A stretch of DNA of 64,000 nucleotides from Macrostomum hystrix. Its lineage: Eukaryota; Animalia; Platyhelminthes. Positions 49,036 through 62,361 of this stretch are shown piece after piece. The stretch spans positions 6,882,001 to 6,946,000 of the forward strand of contig CATNEN010000024.1 of the NCBI GenBank assembly GCA_950097015.1. The letters run 5' to 3'. The translations under genes and the position numbers were made by a program. The notes beneath the pieces were generated by a model. That model saw only the letters and a program-made list of their open reading frames with translations. It made no database searches and was not told the DNA's origin. Numbering within the stretch: the first letter of the stretch is position 1; each line of letters starts with the position of its first letter.

Positions 49036-49409
49036 ACAGCAACTCAAGAATTAGGGACCATCTGTCATCTGCATGGCTACCCGCGTGACTCAATCTATTT
49101 TACCATCCAGCCTTTAATTCAGTGACGCCTTACGGAGTCACCCTTTCCATCCTTCGTCTCTGTTGCTCTTTTTCATTGATAAATTATTACCACGTAATTT
49201 GGTTATATGATTTATTATTTTGCAAATTGAAACAAAAAATATTGGAAATATAGATTTTCAATGAGGCTGTCTCGAGGGACGAACAAATAAATGCATCTGC
49301 ATTCGGTCTGGTTCTAATGTACTTTTCACTCTGTGGTCTGTATCCTTGACACTTAGTCTTTTTTGTAGGCTCTGAGAAAATTGTTTCATAGCCTATAGCT
49401 CATGTAGTG

Positions 49410-50140
49410 CTTCTAGCTATAACCTCTGCTGCGATTCTAGCCCCTGCTACGATTCTAGCTTCCGATCCTGCTGCGTTTCTAGCCCCTGCTACGATTTTAG
49501 CTTCAGATCCTGCTGTGATTCTAGCCCCTGCTACGATTCTAGCTTTAGATCCTGCTGCGATTCTAGCCCCTGCTACGATTCTAGCTTTAGATCCTGCTGC
49601 GATTCCAGTCCCTGCTACGGTTCGAGCTCCTGCTGCGATTCTAGCTCCTGCTACGATTCTAGCTCTTGCTACGATTCTAGCTCTTGCTACGATTCTAGCT
49701 TTAGATCCTGCTGCGATTCCAGTCCCTGCTTCGGTTCGAGCTCCTGCTGCGATTCTAGCTCCTGCTACGATTCTAGCTCTTGCTACGATTCTAGCTCTTG
49801 CTACGATTCTAGCTTATGCTGCGATTCTAGCCTCTGCTGCGATTCTAGCTCCTGCTACGATTCTAGCTCCTGCAACGATTCTAGCTCCTGCTACGATTCT
49901 AGCTCCTGCTACGATTCTAGCCCCTGCTTTGATTCTAGCTCCTGCTACGATTCTAGCTCCTGCTACGATTCTAGCTCATGCTGCGATTCTAGCCTCTGCT
50001 GCGATTCTAGCCTCTGTTGCGATTCTAGCCTCTGCTGCGATTCTAGCTCCTGGTACGATTCTAGCTCCTGCTACGATTCTAGCTCGTGCTGCGATTCTAG
50101 CTGCTACCAAATATAATTAGCTCGTGCTGCGATTCCACCA
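49410..50140. repeat. Minisatellite, 18-bp unit CTGCTACGATTCTAGCTC
   Basis: About 40 units. Confidence 0.95.
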
Positions 50141-50757
50141 CACTTTAATATTTATAGCAAACCTAACTATTTATCTTTCATTCACAGATATAAAATGCTA
50201 TCGGTCTCCAAATGGAGTTTATTGTTTCTAATTTCAATGAACGACTCACCCCACCTACTTGTTTTTTGTTGGGGAACTATTGCTGCTCATCGATGCCTCA
50301 CAATGGGCAAATCGTGTTTGTGAGAACAATTCACTAGTCAAGCATTAATTTAATAGGCGTACACACGAAAAGCATTGATAGTGAGACGCCTTTGAACTGT
50401 CGCCGCAGCCGGCACTGATGGCAACTCTTTGAACGGGTCATTGCGTAACACCCGCCGACTCCAGTCCAATACACTTTCACGACCTTCTCAAAACTGCCAC
50501 GCGCTGTTAAGTTTCACAGACTCTTAACTATAACTTTTCCCAGCCTCGCATTTTCAAGTGGACGAATTAGTTTTCTGTGGGGCAGTGCAGCTGGCTTGAG
50601 AACTTGCACACAGCAATGGAGAGTGAGAGATACAACAATTCACGCCATTGTGAACAGGCTAATGTTAACAAATTTTTAGTAATTTTAAATTTGCGGCGGG
50701 GCTGAGGGCTTTTGGTCTCGCCGACGCGGATTCGAGCTCACGAACCATCTTGCAAGA

Positions 50758-51195
50758 AAAGAATAGAATAGAATAGAATAGAATAGAATAGAATGGAATA
50801 GAATAGAATAGAATAGAATAGAATAGGATAGAATGGAATAGAATAGAATAGAATAGAATAGAATAGAATGGAATAGAATAGGATAGAATGGAATAGAATA
50901 GAATAGATTAGAATAGAATACAATAAAATAGAATAGAATAGAATAGATTAGAATAGAATACAATAAAATAGAATAGAATAGAATAGATTAGAATAGAATA
51001 GAATAGATTAGAATATAATAGAATAGATTAGAATATAATATAATAGAATAGAATAGAATAGATTAGAATAGAATAGAATAGAATAGAATAGAATAGAATA
51101 GAATAGAATAGAATAGAATAGATAAAAATAATAGTGTAGAATATAGTATAATAGAAGAGAACAGAAAATAATAGAGAATAATAGAATAGAATTGA
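50758..51195. repeat. (ATAGA)n pentanucleotide microsatellite
   Basis: Direct reading. Confidence 0.97.
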
Positions 51196-51919
51196 GAGAA
51201 TTGAGTAGGTGTTTATTGACTGAAAAGATACGGAAGCATCGGCCGAACTCACAACTCACAATAGTTAGCGAAAATTATCCCGTGCGTAAATTGAGTTCCT
51301 CTCTTTCTTTTTACAGAATTTCAGCCGGCCTTTTCAGCCTGTCCACCTTGGTGTGTATGTTCTCTGTACTCAATAAATAGCCGAGGTGCGACTGGGATGC
51401 AACAAAGAAGGCGTCTTACGTAACCACCTCAAATGGCTACTGGTCGGCAAGTTTCTGTTTTTTTCTCTTTACCAACTTGAGAATTACTATTAGTTTTTCG
51501 ATTCTTTTTATAAGCTTGAACGGCTCCAGTGTTGATGCTATTGTATAGTGATTATGATGGGATCCATTTCAAATGCCGGAAGAGGCAAAGCAGACAAACT
51601 GAATGAGTTAGGAACGCCACTTGTGGTGAAGGGGCAAGGCATCCGTGCATTGAAAAGATAAAGTTTTGGCTACTTTGGCCAAGAGCATTGTGTCGACTGC
51701 CGCTATCGTTTCACAAAGTGTGCTTATGATCCTACACTGAAAGTGCGCAAATTTGACTGATGCCGCGATGGTGTAAATTGAACATTGTTCATAGAGTAAG
51801 TACTAATTTTGAGCACAATATTTGAGCAATTTAAGCACACCATCTGTCCATGGACAGTTGGTTGCTCAGTGGTCAGCTTAGCTCTCATAGTGATGTCGAG
51901 AGTTCGATTCTCTTTGAGA

Positions 51920-52570
51920 ATCGACCAGCCTCAGTCCTTCAGTATCGACAAGCTTCAGTCCTTCAGTATCGACAAGCCTCAGTCCTTCAGTATCGACAAG
52001 CTTCAGTCCTTCAGTATCGACAAGCTTCAGTCCTTCAGTAGCAACAAGCCTCAGTCCTTCAGTATCGACAAGCCTCAGTCCTTCAGTATCGACAAGCCTC
52101 AGTCCTTCAGTATCGACAAGCCTCAGTCCTTCAGAAGCGACGAGCCTCAGTCCTTCAGTATCGACAAGCTTCAGTCCTTCAGTATCGACAAGCTTCAGTC
52201 CTTCAGTATCGACGAGCCTCAGTCCTTCAGAAGCGACGAACCTCAGTCCTTCAGTATCGACAAGCTTCAGTCCTTCAGTATCGACAAGCCTCAGTCCTTC
52301 AGAAGCGACGAGCCTCAGTCCTTCAGTATCGACAAGCTTCAGTCCTTCAGTATCGACAAGCTTCAGTCCTTCAGAAGCGACGAGCCTCAGTCCTTCAGTA
52401 GCGACGAGCCTCAGTCCTTCAGTATCGACAGGCTTCAGTCCTTCAGAAGCGACGAGCCTCAGTCCTTCAGTATCGACAGGCTTCAGTCCTTCAGAAGCGA
52501 CGAGCCTCAGTCCTTCAGTATCGACAGGCTTCAGTCCTTCAGAAGCGACAAGCCTCAGTCCTTCAGTGCC
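51920..52570. repeat. Minisatellite, 24-bp unit CAGTCCTTCAGTATCGACAAGCCT
   Basis: About 27 units. Confidence 0.96.
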
Positions 52571-53529
52571 TCAGTATGCTTTTCGGCCCTGACTATACTG
52601 AAGTCAGGCTACAAAAGCTTTGACTAAAAAAAGCAAAAAATGTTCTGTTAGAAGACAAAAAGATCAGAAAAGTGTATCATCGACCGAGCAGGTGAGTGAG
52701 GTCGTGTGACAGTGAGCAGTCTCAGCTGATGGGAGCAGACGGCAAAAGCCGCACCCATGAGGAATTGAATCCAATGACTTACAATCCAAGAAATAGGAGA
52801 CTTTCAGAAAGCGAAAGCAGCAGTCGATTTTGTGCTTACTTTCATCCAATGTGCATTTTCCACTTTTCTCTGCCGGCTGACCGGCAACTCCTGTCACGAG
52901 ATCAGAAGCAGAAATGAGTTTCTTCTGACAAAAAGGGATTTTAGAAACACGAAACCAATCAGTAAAACAAACCTAGTTTTCAATGGGACTTTTTCCCCTT
53001 CAAAATCGAGTCTGTTTCCGTAAATGCTTGTTACGCAATACATAACTTGGGAGCCAAAGTAGTTAATCAATCACTCACCATTATTGATGGCATCCTGCAG
53101 TTGAGCTATTGGGAGTAAAGTGCATGTTACCTCGTAACAAGAATGTTTTAAAGCTAATGCAACAAGCTGAAAACGAAGAAGCCTTTGAAACAGACGCGTT
53201 ACCACTCTGCGTGCCATGTCAAGTTTTTAAGACCCGTTCCTATAGTCTTGAGCGATCTTGTTGCCGGCCGGAGATCGCCATTGATAGCTAGTTTTTCTCT
53301 TCTAATAAAGAAAGGATTTTCCTATCGCCTTTTTCTCTTTTCTTAGTTAAATTCGACAGCAGCAAAGTCACGGCCCCGAGTTACCACGCTGTGGCGGCAC
53401 GAAAGATGCCGCGAGATGCTTATCAGACAAGGCGAGAGCGGCTGGACCAACTACCAGCTTCACAACGGGTCATCGCACCTAACTATGGATGGGGATCAGC
53501 ATCCACTGGATGCAGCAAATTCTATAAGA

Positions 53530-54700
53530 ACCTAACAAGGAACAGGAACTAAGAACAGGAACTAGGAACAGGAACTAAGAACAGGAACTAGGAACAGGAA
53601 CTAGGAACAGGAACTAGGAACAGGAACTAGGAACAGAAACTAGGAATAGGAACTAGGAATAGGAACTAGGAACAGGAACTAGGAACAGGAACTAGGAACA
53701 GGAACTAGGAACAGGAACTAGGAACAGAAACTAGGAATAGGAACTAGGAATAGGAACTAGGAACAGGAACTAGGAACAGGAACTAGGAACAGGAACTAGG
53801 AACAGGAACTAGGAACAGGAACTAGGAACAGGAACTAGGAACAGGAACTAGGAACAGGAACTAGGAACAGGAACTAGGAACAGGAACTAGGAACAGGAAC
53901 TAGGAACAGGAACTAGGAACAGGAACTAAGAACAGGAACTAGGAACAGGAACTAGGAACAGGATGTTTAGGAACAGAGAAGAGGTAGAACAGGATGTTCA
54001 GAAACAGAGAAGAGGTAGAACAGGATGTTCAGGAACAGAGAGAGGAAGAACAGGAGGTTCAGGAACAGAGAAGAGGTAGAACAGGAGGTTCAGGAACAGA
54101 GAAGAGGTAGAACAGGATGTTCAGGAACAGAGAAGAGGTAGAACAGGATGTTTAGGAACAGAGAAGAGGAAGAACAGGATGTTCAGAAACAGAGAAGAGG
54201 AAGAACAGGATGTTCAGGAACAGAGAAGAGGAAGAACAGGATGTTCAGGAACAGAGAAGAGGAAGAACAGGATCTTTAGGAACAGAGAAGAGGAAGAACA
54301 GGATGTTCAGGAACAGAGAAGAGGTAGAACAGGATGTTTAGGAACAGAGAAGAGGAAGAACAGGATGTTCAGGAACAGAGAAGAGGTAGAACAGGATGTT
54401 TAGGAACAGAGAAGAGGAAGAACAGGATGTTCAGGAACAGAGAAGAGGTAGAACAGGATGTTCAGGAACAGAGAAAAGGAAGAACAGGATGTTTAGGAAC
54501 AGAGAAGAGGAAGAACGGGATGTTCAGAAACAGAGAAGAGGAAGAACAGGATGTTCAGGAACAGAGAAGAGGTAGAACAGGAGGTTTAGGAACAGAGAAG
54601 AGGTAGAACAGGATGTTTAGGAACAGAGTAGAGGAAGAACAGGATGTTCAGAAACAGAGAAGAGGTAGAACAGTATGTTTAGGTACAGAGAGGTTGAACA
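53530..54700. repeat. Compound array: 13-bp AGGAACTAGGAAC followed by 31-bp AGGATGTTCAGGAACAGAGAAGAGGTAGAAC
   Basis: Unit switch near 53960. Confidence 0.96.
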
Positions 54701-55549
54701 GGAACAGAAACATAGTGAGCTACAGAATGTGTAGCAGCATTTCCCATACAAGGGATAAAAAAGTTTTTTAATTCCGATCTAATCGGAAATTGCGCAGAGG
54801 CCAAACACGGGCGCCCATTCCAGTTTATGAAACTTTTCGTCCTGTTTGCAAATTCTCAAATTTCTAACTGATATTAGCAGATAGGAGAAAAATAAACGAT
54901 CACTATTGATAGTCCCGCGGGGAGATAGAAAACCGGAGCACAAGAAGGCTATCAGTGGCATCCCGAAGCCAAGATCCCCAATCCAATTACGTAATACATC
55001 AACAACACGCGCGCGGAGACAGAAGTAGCAATTGACCCCCCCCCAATGCTTGACTCTACTAAACCCCTTCGACCTCTCCGCCTGAGTGGGACAACTGGGG
55101 GGAGAGGCTAGAGGTTTGAGAAGACTCAGAGAAGCTTCCCGTGACTCCCCACCCTGATCCCCTGGTCCACAGTCAGTGATTTTCGTCCTTCATCAAATCC
55201 GCCAGTTATATTAACCCGGTCCTTGCCTTGGCCTGTCACAGACTCCTCGACTTATGCAGACTTTGCCAAACATCCGGGATATGGGGAGGTTGGCTGATAT
55301 CCTATTTCTCAATTTCCTTCTGTCCGAGTAATATACCTTCCCCACGTTTTCTTCCTCACCAGTAAGGAAGCTTCATTCTTCATCTCGTGGTAGAGTTAAA
55401 AAGGAGAATTATTTTGTGCGAACTTTTTCTTCTAACACTATAAATAAATTTGTGTTAACTCAATTGAAAAAATATTCGCTTTACATTCTTAATCGTAGCG
55501 TCAATTTTATTTTCTGATTAATAAGCGGTCTTTGTTAATCTTTATTTGA

Positions 55550-56440
55550 ACCTTGTGTCAGTTTAACTTGATATTTGTGTCAGTTTCATTTGATATTTGT
55601 GTCAGTTCCATTTATATTTGTGTCAGTTCCATTCGGTATTTGTGTCAGTTCCATTTGATATTTGTGTCAGTTTCATTTATATTTGCGTCAGTTCCATTCG
55701 GTATTTGTGTCAGTTCCATTCGGTATTTGTGTCAGTTCCATTCAGTATTTGCGTCAGTTCCATTCGGTATTTGTGTCAGTTCCATTCGGTATTTGTGTCA
55801 GTTCCATTCGGTATTTGTGTCAGTTCCATTCGGTATTTGTGTCAGTTCCATTTATATTTGTGTCAGTTCCATTCGGTATTTGTGTCAGTTCCATTCAGTA
55901 TTTGCGTCAGTTCCATTCGGTATTTGTGTCAGTTCCATTCGGTATTTGTGTCAGTTCCATTCGGTATTTGTGTCAGTTCCATTTATATTTGTGTCAGTTC
56001 CATTTGATATTTGTGTCAGTTCTATTTGATATTTGAGTCAGTTTCATTTGATATTTGTGTCAGTTCAATTTATATTTGTGTCAGTTTCATTCGGTATTTG
56101 TGTCAGTTCCATTCGGTATTTGTGTCAGTTTCATTCGGTATTTGTGTCAGTTCCATTCGGTATTTGTGTCAGTTCCATTCGGTATTTGTGTCAGTTTCAT
56201 TCGGTATTTGTGTCAGTTCCATTCGGTATTTGCGTCAGTTCCATTCGGTATTTGTGTCAGTTCCATTTATATTTGTGTCAGTTCTATTTGATATTTGTGT
56301 CAGTTCCATTTATATTTGTGTCAGTTCCATTCGGTATTTGTGCCAGTTCCATTTGATATTTGTGTCAGTTCCATTTGATATTTGTGTCAGTTCCATTTAT
56401 ATTTGCATCAGCTCGATTTGATATTTGTATTTGGTATTTG
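55550..56440. repeat. Minisatellite, 22-bp unit TATTTGTGTCAGTTCCATTCGG
   Basis: About 40 units. Confidence 0.96.
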
Positions 56441-56849
56441 TGTCAGCTCACACGTTTAAGCTAGCAACCCACGGATTAGCACAGATTTAGCATGCCTTCA
56501 GAAACTCAGTCAGTGATAGATCAGAATGAAAGGCTTGTCGGAATCGATTTAGCAAGTGTCACCTAAGACTGAGGTGCCGGTTGAATACGAGACCAGACAG
56601 ACGGAGAAGGGTCAATGAGGTTATAATTATTCTGGGGAATCCGGGCCCGCATAGGAACCATTGCCTAGCCGTGTGGCGTGGTTGCACCACCCGCTGACCA
56701 TAATTAGACTGTGACGCAATACAGTTCGGCTGCGGGGTTTCTCGCTCGCTGGATTCGTTATGTCAGGATGCGTTAGGAGCGATGGGACACTGAGCTGCCA
56801 GCTGAATGCTGGGAATCTGTCTACTTAGACTATTGACCGCTAGAGGAGA

Positions 56850-57530
56850 ACGAGAAAGAGGAGATGAGAGAGGGGAGAATGAGAAAGACTAGATGGAAGA
56901 AGGGATAACGACAAAGACTAGATGGGAGAGGGGAGAACGACAAAGACTAGATGGGAGAGTGGAGAAAGTCAAAGACTAGATGGGAGAGTGGAGAAAGTCA
57001 AAGACTAGATGGGCGAGTGGAGAACGACAAAGACTAGATAGGAAGAGTGGAGAACGAGAAAGACTATATGGGAGAGTGGATAGCGACAAAGACTAGATGG
57101 GAAGAGTGGCGAACGAGACAGAATGTATGGAAGAAGGGATAACGACAAAGACTAGATGGGAGAGGGGAGAACGACAAAGACTAGATGAGTGGAGAGTGGA
57201 GAAAGTCAAAGACTAGATGGGCGAGTGGAGAACGACAAAGACTAGATAGGAAGAGTGGAGAACGAGAAAGACTATATGGGAGAGTGGATAGCGACAAAGA
57301 CTAGATGGGAAGAGTGGCGAACGAGACAGAATGTATGGAAGAAGGGATAACGACAAAGACTAGATGGGAGAGGGGAGAACGACAAAGACTAGATGGGCGA
57401 GTGGAGAACGACAAAGACTAGATAGGAAGAGTGGAGAACGAGAAAGAACAGATGGGAAAGAGTAGAACGACAAAGACTAGATGGGAGAGGTGAGAATGAG
57501 GAAGATGAGATGGGAGAGGGGATAATGAGA
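56850..57530. repeat. Degenerate minisatellite, ~29-bp unit GACAAAGACTAGATGGGAGAGTGGAGAAC
   Basis: About 23 variable units, with an internal block duplication. Confidence 0.88.
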
Positions 57531-58149
57531 AGTATATCCCGGAGAGGCAGTGCAGTAGAAGCGGAGACACGCTGGACTTTCCGTAGCTAATGTGGAATAG
57601 CTTTACCTATAAAAGTTTTTCTATCAGCTACTATGCTACTATAGAGCAGTCAAAGCTTTCATGAAAGATTTTGCGAATCCTTTTGTTGCCCACGTGGCAG
57701 GAGCTGTCAGACGCCGACGGAAGGTGTCAAAATCTCATTGTGACGTATAAAAGCTCAATTAAATTTCTATTTGATTACATAAATCGCATGTTGGGAAAGG
57801 TAGATTAAATAAAGTTATAGCAAATATCTAAAAATCAGCACCGTCAGCAGCAGCAGCAGCAGCAGCAGCAGCAAATTTGGCAAATGATTTCATTCCTAAT
57901 GAGCGAGAAGTTGAGAAAAAGCTTATGAATGCAGATTGCATAGATATAGTGTGTAGTGTGGGCCGTCGTGGTGCAATAATAAGAAAATTCCCTTGACACT
58001 TTTCCGTTCGCATTTGACTTTTTGGCAAGACATTTTCAGACGAATACGACGAGTAGAAATGGTAAGAAATGGTAATGATTGCATTTAAATCTAAATGCAA
58101 TCGCAAGCAGGCAACTCTCATTTTATAGGAGAGCCTCAATACTTAGTGT

Positions 58150-58820
58150 TTATATAAGAGCCTCATTTTTGTCGATTGGAAGGAGAGCCTCATTTCTCAG
58201 TGCTGATAGGAAGAAGAGCCTCATTTCTCAGTGCTGATAGGAAGGAGAGCCTCATTTCTCAGTGCTGATAGGAAGAAGAGCCTCATTTCTCAGCGCTGAT
58301 AGGAAGGAGAGCCTCATTTCTCAGTGTCGATAGTAAGGAGAGCCTCATTTCTTTGTGTCTGTAGTAAGGAGAGCCACACTTCTCAGTTTCGATAGTAAGG
58401 AGAGCCTCATTTCTCAGTTTCGATAGGAAGGAGAGCCTCATTTCTCAGTCCTGATAGGAAGGAGAGCCTCATTTCTCAATACTGATAGGAAAGAGAGCCT
58501 CATTTCTCAATACTGATAGGAAGGAGAGCCTCATTTCTCAGTGCTGATAGGAAGGAGAGCCTCATTTCTCAGTCCTGATAGGAAGGAGAGCCTCATTTCT
58601 CAGTTTCGATAGGAAGGAGAGCCTCATTTCTCAGTCCTGATAGGAAGGAGAGCCTCATTTCTCAATACTGATAGGAAGGAGAGCCTCATTTCTCAATACT
58701 GATAGGAAGGAGAGCCTCATTTCTCAGTCCTGATAGGAAGGAGAGCCTCATTTCTCAGTCCTGATAGGAAGGAGAGCCTCATTTCTCAATACTGATAGGA
58801 AGGAGAGCCTCATTTCTTAG
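58150..58820. repeat. Minisatellite, 31-bp unit GAGCCTCATTTCTCAGTGCTGATAGGAAGGA
   Basis: About 21 units. Confidence 0.95.
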
Positions 58821-59794
58821 TTTTTCTAAGTGTAGTGTCAAAAAAGCAATCCTGAGAGAATCATTCACAATGCACTTTAGCGAAGGGAGACAGTATCATT
58901 CATCAATGAGGACTGATCGAGTTTAGAGCAGCAGTTTGATACAAGTGTATCGGTTCGAAATGCTTCCTGAGTTGCAAAAGCAAGCAAGAAATTTGCACTC
59001 GGAAGATAAAAGTGCGTCCAATAAATGTAAAAATCACTCGCCACAATGGTAAGGCCCTTACTAACCCACTCTCGCTTCTGTGGCATTGATTGATTTACAT
59101 GTTTTTACATATAAAGCATTTTAATGCACAATTCAGTCACGTTGGGGGGGGGGAGAAATTTATTGGAGAAAAAAGCACTGATAAAATTTCGCTTGTAGGA
59201 TTGTCTGACAGCAACCTGCTGCTCATCTACTCACTGCTCACTACTCAGGAGCAGTTACAGGGTGGGGCGCATTGGTGAGTTGTGAGACGGTCGGGCAAAT
59301 ATTGACCAAAAGTGTGAGCCCGCCTGGCCCACGGGGTGTGCGTGTGTGTTCTCAGCTCACTTTCCATTGCATTGTGTGTCCAAAGGCTGCAACGTTGTTA
59401 CTCACACACACTCACACACCTTAAACCCAAAAAAGGTTTCATTCTGAGCAAAGTAAAATAAGATTGCTAAACAGAGGCTTGCGGGCGTCAAAGAAAGAGC
59501 GAGTGAGAGAGAGAGAGAGTGAAAGAAAAAGACGCGAACTAGAAGGAAAACAGCAATTTCCCGTGGGCATCGCATAACAGCCATGGGTGTGTGGGAGGTG
59601 GCGGGCCGTGATTATTGGGGCTTTGATTTGCGAAATCACGCACCTGATCTGTCAAAACTCAAACCCGCGTGTGCAGTTGACACAAAGCTGCAGTTCTTGG
59701 TGGATGCGAAGTCACACTGCGGTGGTGCGGCTGCACTGCGCCTTTGTTGTACTAGTTGCCAACCCATCGACAAGAAACACTGCTTCACACATTC

Positions 59795-60460
59795 ACATGG
59801 GGAGGGAAATGGAAAGATTGGATGGGAGATGGGAAGATTGAAAGGGAAATGGGAAGATTAGAAGGGAGATAGGAAGATTGGGAGGAGATGGGAAGATTGG
59901 GAGAGAGATGGGAAGATTGGAAGCGAGATGGGAAGATGGGAAGCGAGATGGGAAGATTGGAAGCGAGATGGGAAGATTGGAAGCGAGATGGGAAGATTGG
60001 AAGCGAGATGGGAAGATGGGAAGCAAGATGGGAAGATTGGAATCAAGATGGGAAGATTGGAAGCGAGATGGGAAGGTTGGAAGCGAGATGGGAAGATGGG
60101 AAGTGAGATGGGAAGATTGGGAGGAGATGGGAAGATTGGGAGGAGATGGGAAGATGGGAAGCGAGATGGGAAGATTGGAAGCAAGATGGGAAGATTGGAA
60201 TCAAGATGGGAAGATTGGAAGCGAGATGGGAAGATGGGAAGCGAGATGGGAAGCTTGGAAGCGAGATGGGAAGATTGGAAGCGAGATGGGAAGAGGGGAA
60301 GCGAGATGGGAAGATTGGAAGCGAGATGGGAAGATTGGGAGGAGATGGGAAGATGGGAAGCGAGATGGGAAGATTGGGAGGAGATGGGAAGATGGGAAGC
60401 GAGATGGGAAGATTGGGAGGAGATGGGAAGATGAGAAGGGTGATGGGAAGGGATGTGAAA
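59795..60460. repeat. Minisatellite, 20-bp unit GGGAAGATTGGAAGCGAGAT
   Basis: About 33 units. Confidence 0.95.
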
Positions 60461-60989
60461 CTAGATGGTAGATTGGCAATGGGAGAGTTTGAGTAGAACC
60501 AGCGGCTAAGAATGCAGTGAGTGGAGGTGTGAGGCATCAGGAGATTGTGGCGGAAAAGTGCCCAGCCTGGCGTCCTGTGCGAGAAATAGAGTAGGAAGAA
60601 AGAAAATAAGAAAAGTTCAAAATCCTCTCCCACGGCCGCCTTTGTCAAGTCGCAGCCTCCGCGCCCACCATCGCAGAGCAAAGTCACTCCATCATTTCAT
60701 TTCAAAGTCCTTGCCGTTCAGTTCCATCTTCACGATTCAACGTTTTCTTTTCTATGCTGAACTGGCAAGATGATGATCTCAGGGGTTGGATTTGAGTGCA
60801 AGGCATCTGAATCCAAGGCGCCCGCCCGCCATCACACCCGCGGGGCATGGGATCTTATCCTAGATTCAGAGCTCAATTAGGGGGAGGAGTCTCTTGAAGG
60901 GTGCCTAATTTCTCTAGCTTTTTTATTGCTCAATTTACCAGCTTTTGGCTGACTGAACTCATCTACCCACAAATCACAACATTTCGATC

Positions 60990-61790
60990 TACTCCCTTCC
61001 CTCACTCTCCTCCCCTTTCTCTCATCCCCTTTCTCTCCTCCCCTTTCTCTCCTCCCCTTTCTCTCCTCCCCTTTCTCTCCTCCCCTCACTCTCCTCCCCT
61101 CACCTCATCCCCTCACTCTCTTCGCCTCACTCTCCTCCCCTCACTCTCCTCCCCTCACTCTCCTGCCCTCACCCTCATCCCCTCACCCTCATCCCCTAAC
61201 TCTCCTCCCCTCACTCTCCTCCCATCATTCTCCTCCCCTCACTCTCCTCACTCTCCTCCCCTCACTCCCTCCCCTTACTCTCATCTCCTCATTCTCATCC
61301 CCTTTCTCTCCTCCCCTTTCTCTCCTCCCCTCACTCTCTCCCCCCCACCCTCATCCCCTCACTCTCCTCCCCTCACTCTCCTCCCCTCACTCTCCTCCCC
61401 TCACTCTCCACCCCTCACTCTCCTCACTCTCCTCCCCTCACTCCCCACCCCTTACTCTCATCTCCTCATTCTCCTCCCCTCACTCTCCTCCCCTCACTCT
61501 CCTCCCCTCACTCTCTCCCCCCACCCTCATCCCCTCACTCTCCTCCCCTCACTCTCCTCCCCTCACTCTCCTCCCCTCACTCTCCTCCCCTCACTCTCCT
61601 CCCCTCACTCTCCTCCCCTCACTCTCCTCCCCTCACTCTCCTCCCCTCACTCTCCTCCCCTCACTCTCCACCCCTCACTCTCCTCACTCTCCTCCCCTCA
61701 CTCCCCTCCCCTCACTCTTATCTCCTCATTCTCATCCCCTCACTCTCATCCCCTCACTCTCATCCCCTCACTCTCCTCCCCTCTCCCTGT
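60990..61790. repeat. Polypyrimidine minisatellite, 14-bp unit CTCCTCCCCTCACT
   Basis: About 55 units. Confidence 0.95.
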
Positions 61791-62361
61791 TTTCTAGCTA
61801 ATGTTCTCAAGAAGTGCCACTTCCAGATCCCAATCATAGGCATGCTGTCCTGCTCCCCAAGATCCCATCCACCCCCGAGGAGCCAGATAATCTCGGGCCT
61901 CTGAAACTCTCCCATCGCGCCTTTTTTGATGACGAAGAGCGGATGGTGCTGTCGGCGACTCATTTGCACTGTCACTTAAGGCCTCTTTTATTTAGCATTT
62001 CTCAATTGCCTACTTGCCCGGCCTGTCCTCAGATCCTACAGGCTATGAAAGGCAGGATTTTCCATGCGCATTCAATATGGGAAGACTTACTTGCGGCAGA
62101 AAATCTCTGCTTAACTATAAGTTGTTGCAAGAAGAAGAAAAAGAAATGAATCAAAAAAACACTCCCTTTGAAATAAGATTTTTCTTTAAAGCAAGTGCTT
62201 GTTTAAAATAATATTTTTACCATATTTCCTACTTTTGCCTCTACACAGACTATTAAATACTCCAATAGTTAATGAATATTTAAACGTCACTAGCCGTGGC
62301 TCGCTGAATTATTAGGCCACAGAGAGAACCTAACAGACGACTGCCGCATTAAATAAAGGAA

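Noticed and set aside
49407-50120. 237-aa APATIL-repeat ORF resembling an antifreeze or mucin-like protein
   Set aside because: An 18-bp array with a GTG start, no signal peptide and no supporting splice context; the open frame follows from the unit sequence.
40880-58820. CRISPR-like appearance of the 95-, 24-, 29- and 31-bp arrays
   Set aside because: Units are head-to-tail with no unique spacers, there are no cas genes, and the context is eukaryotic.
61814-62149. 111-aa plus-strand ORF after a pyrimidine array
   Set aside because: GTG start, no family match, and the apparent acceptor derives from the adjacent repeat.
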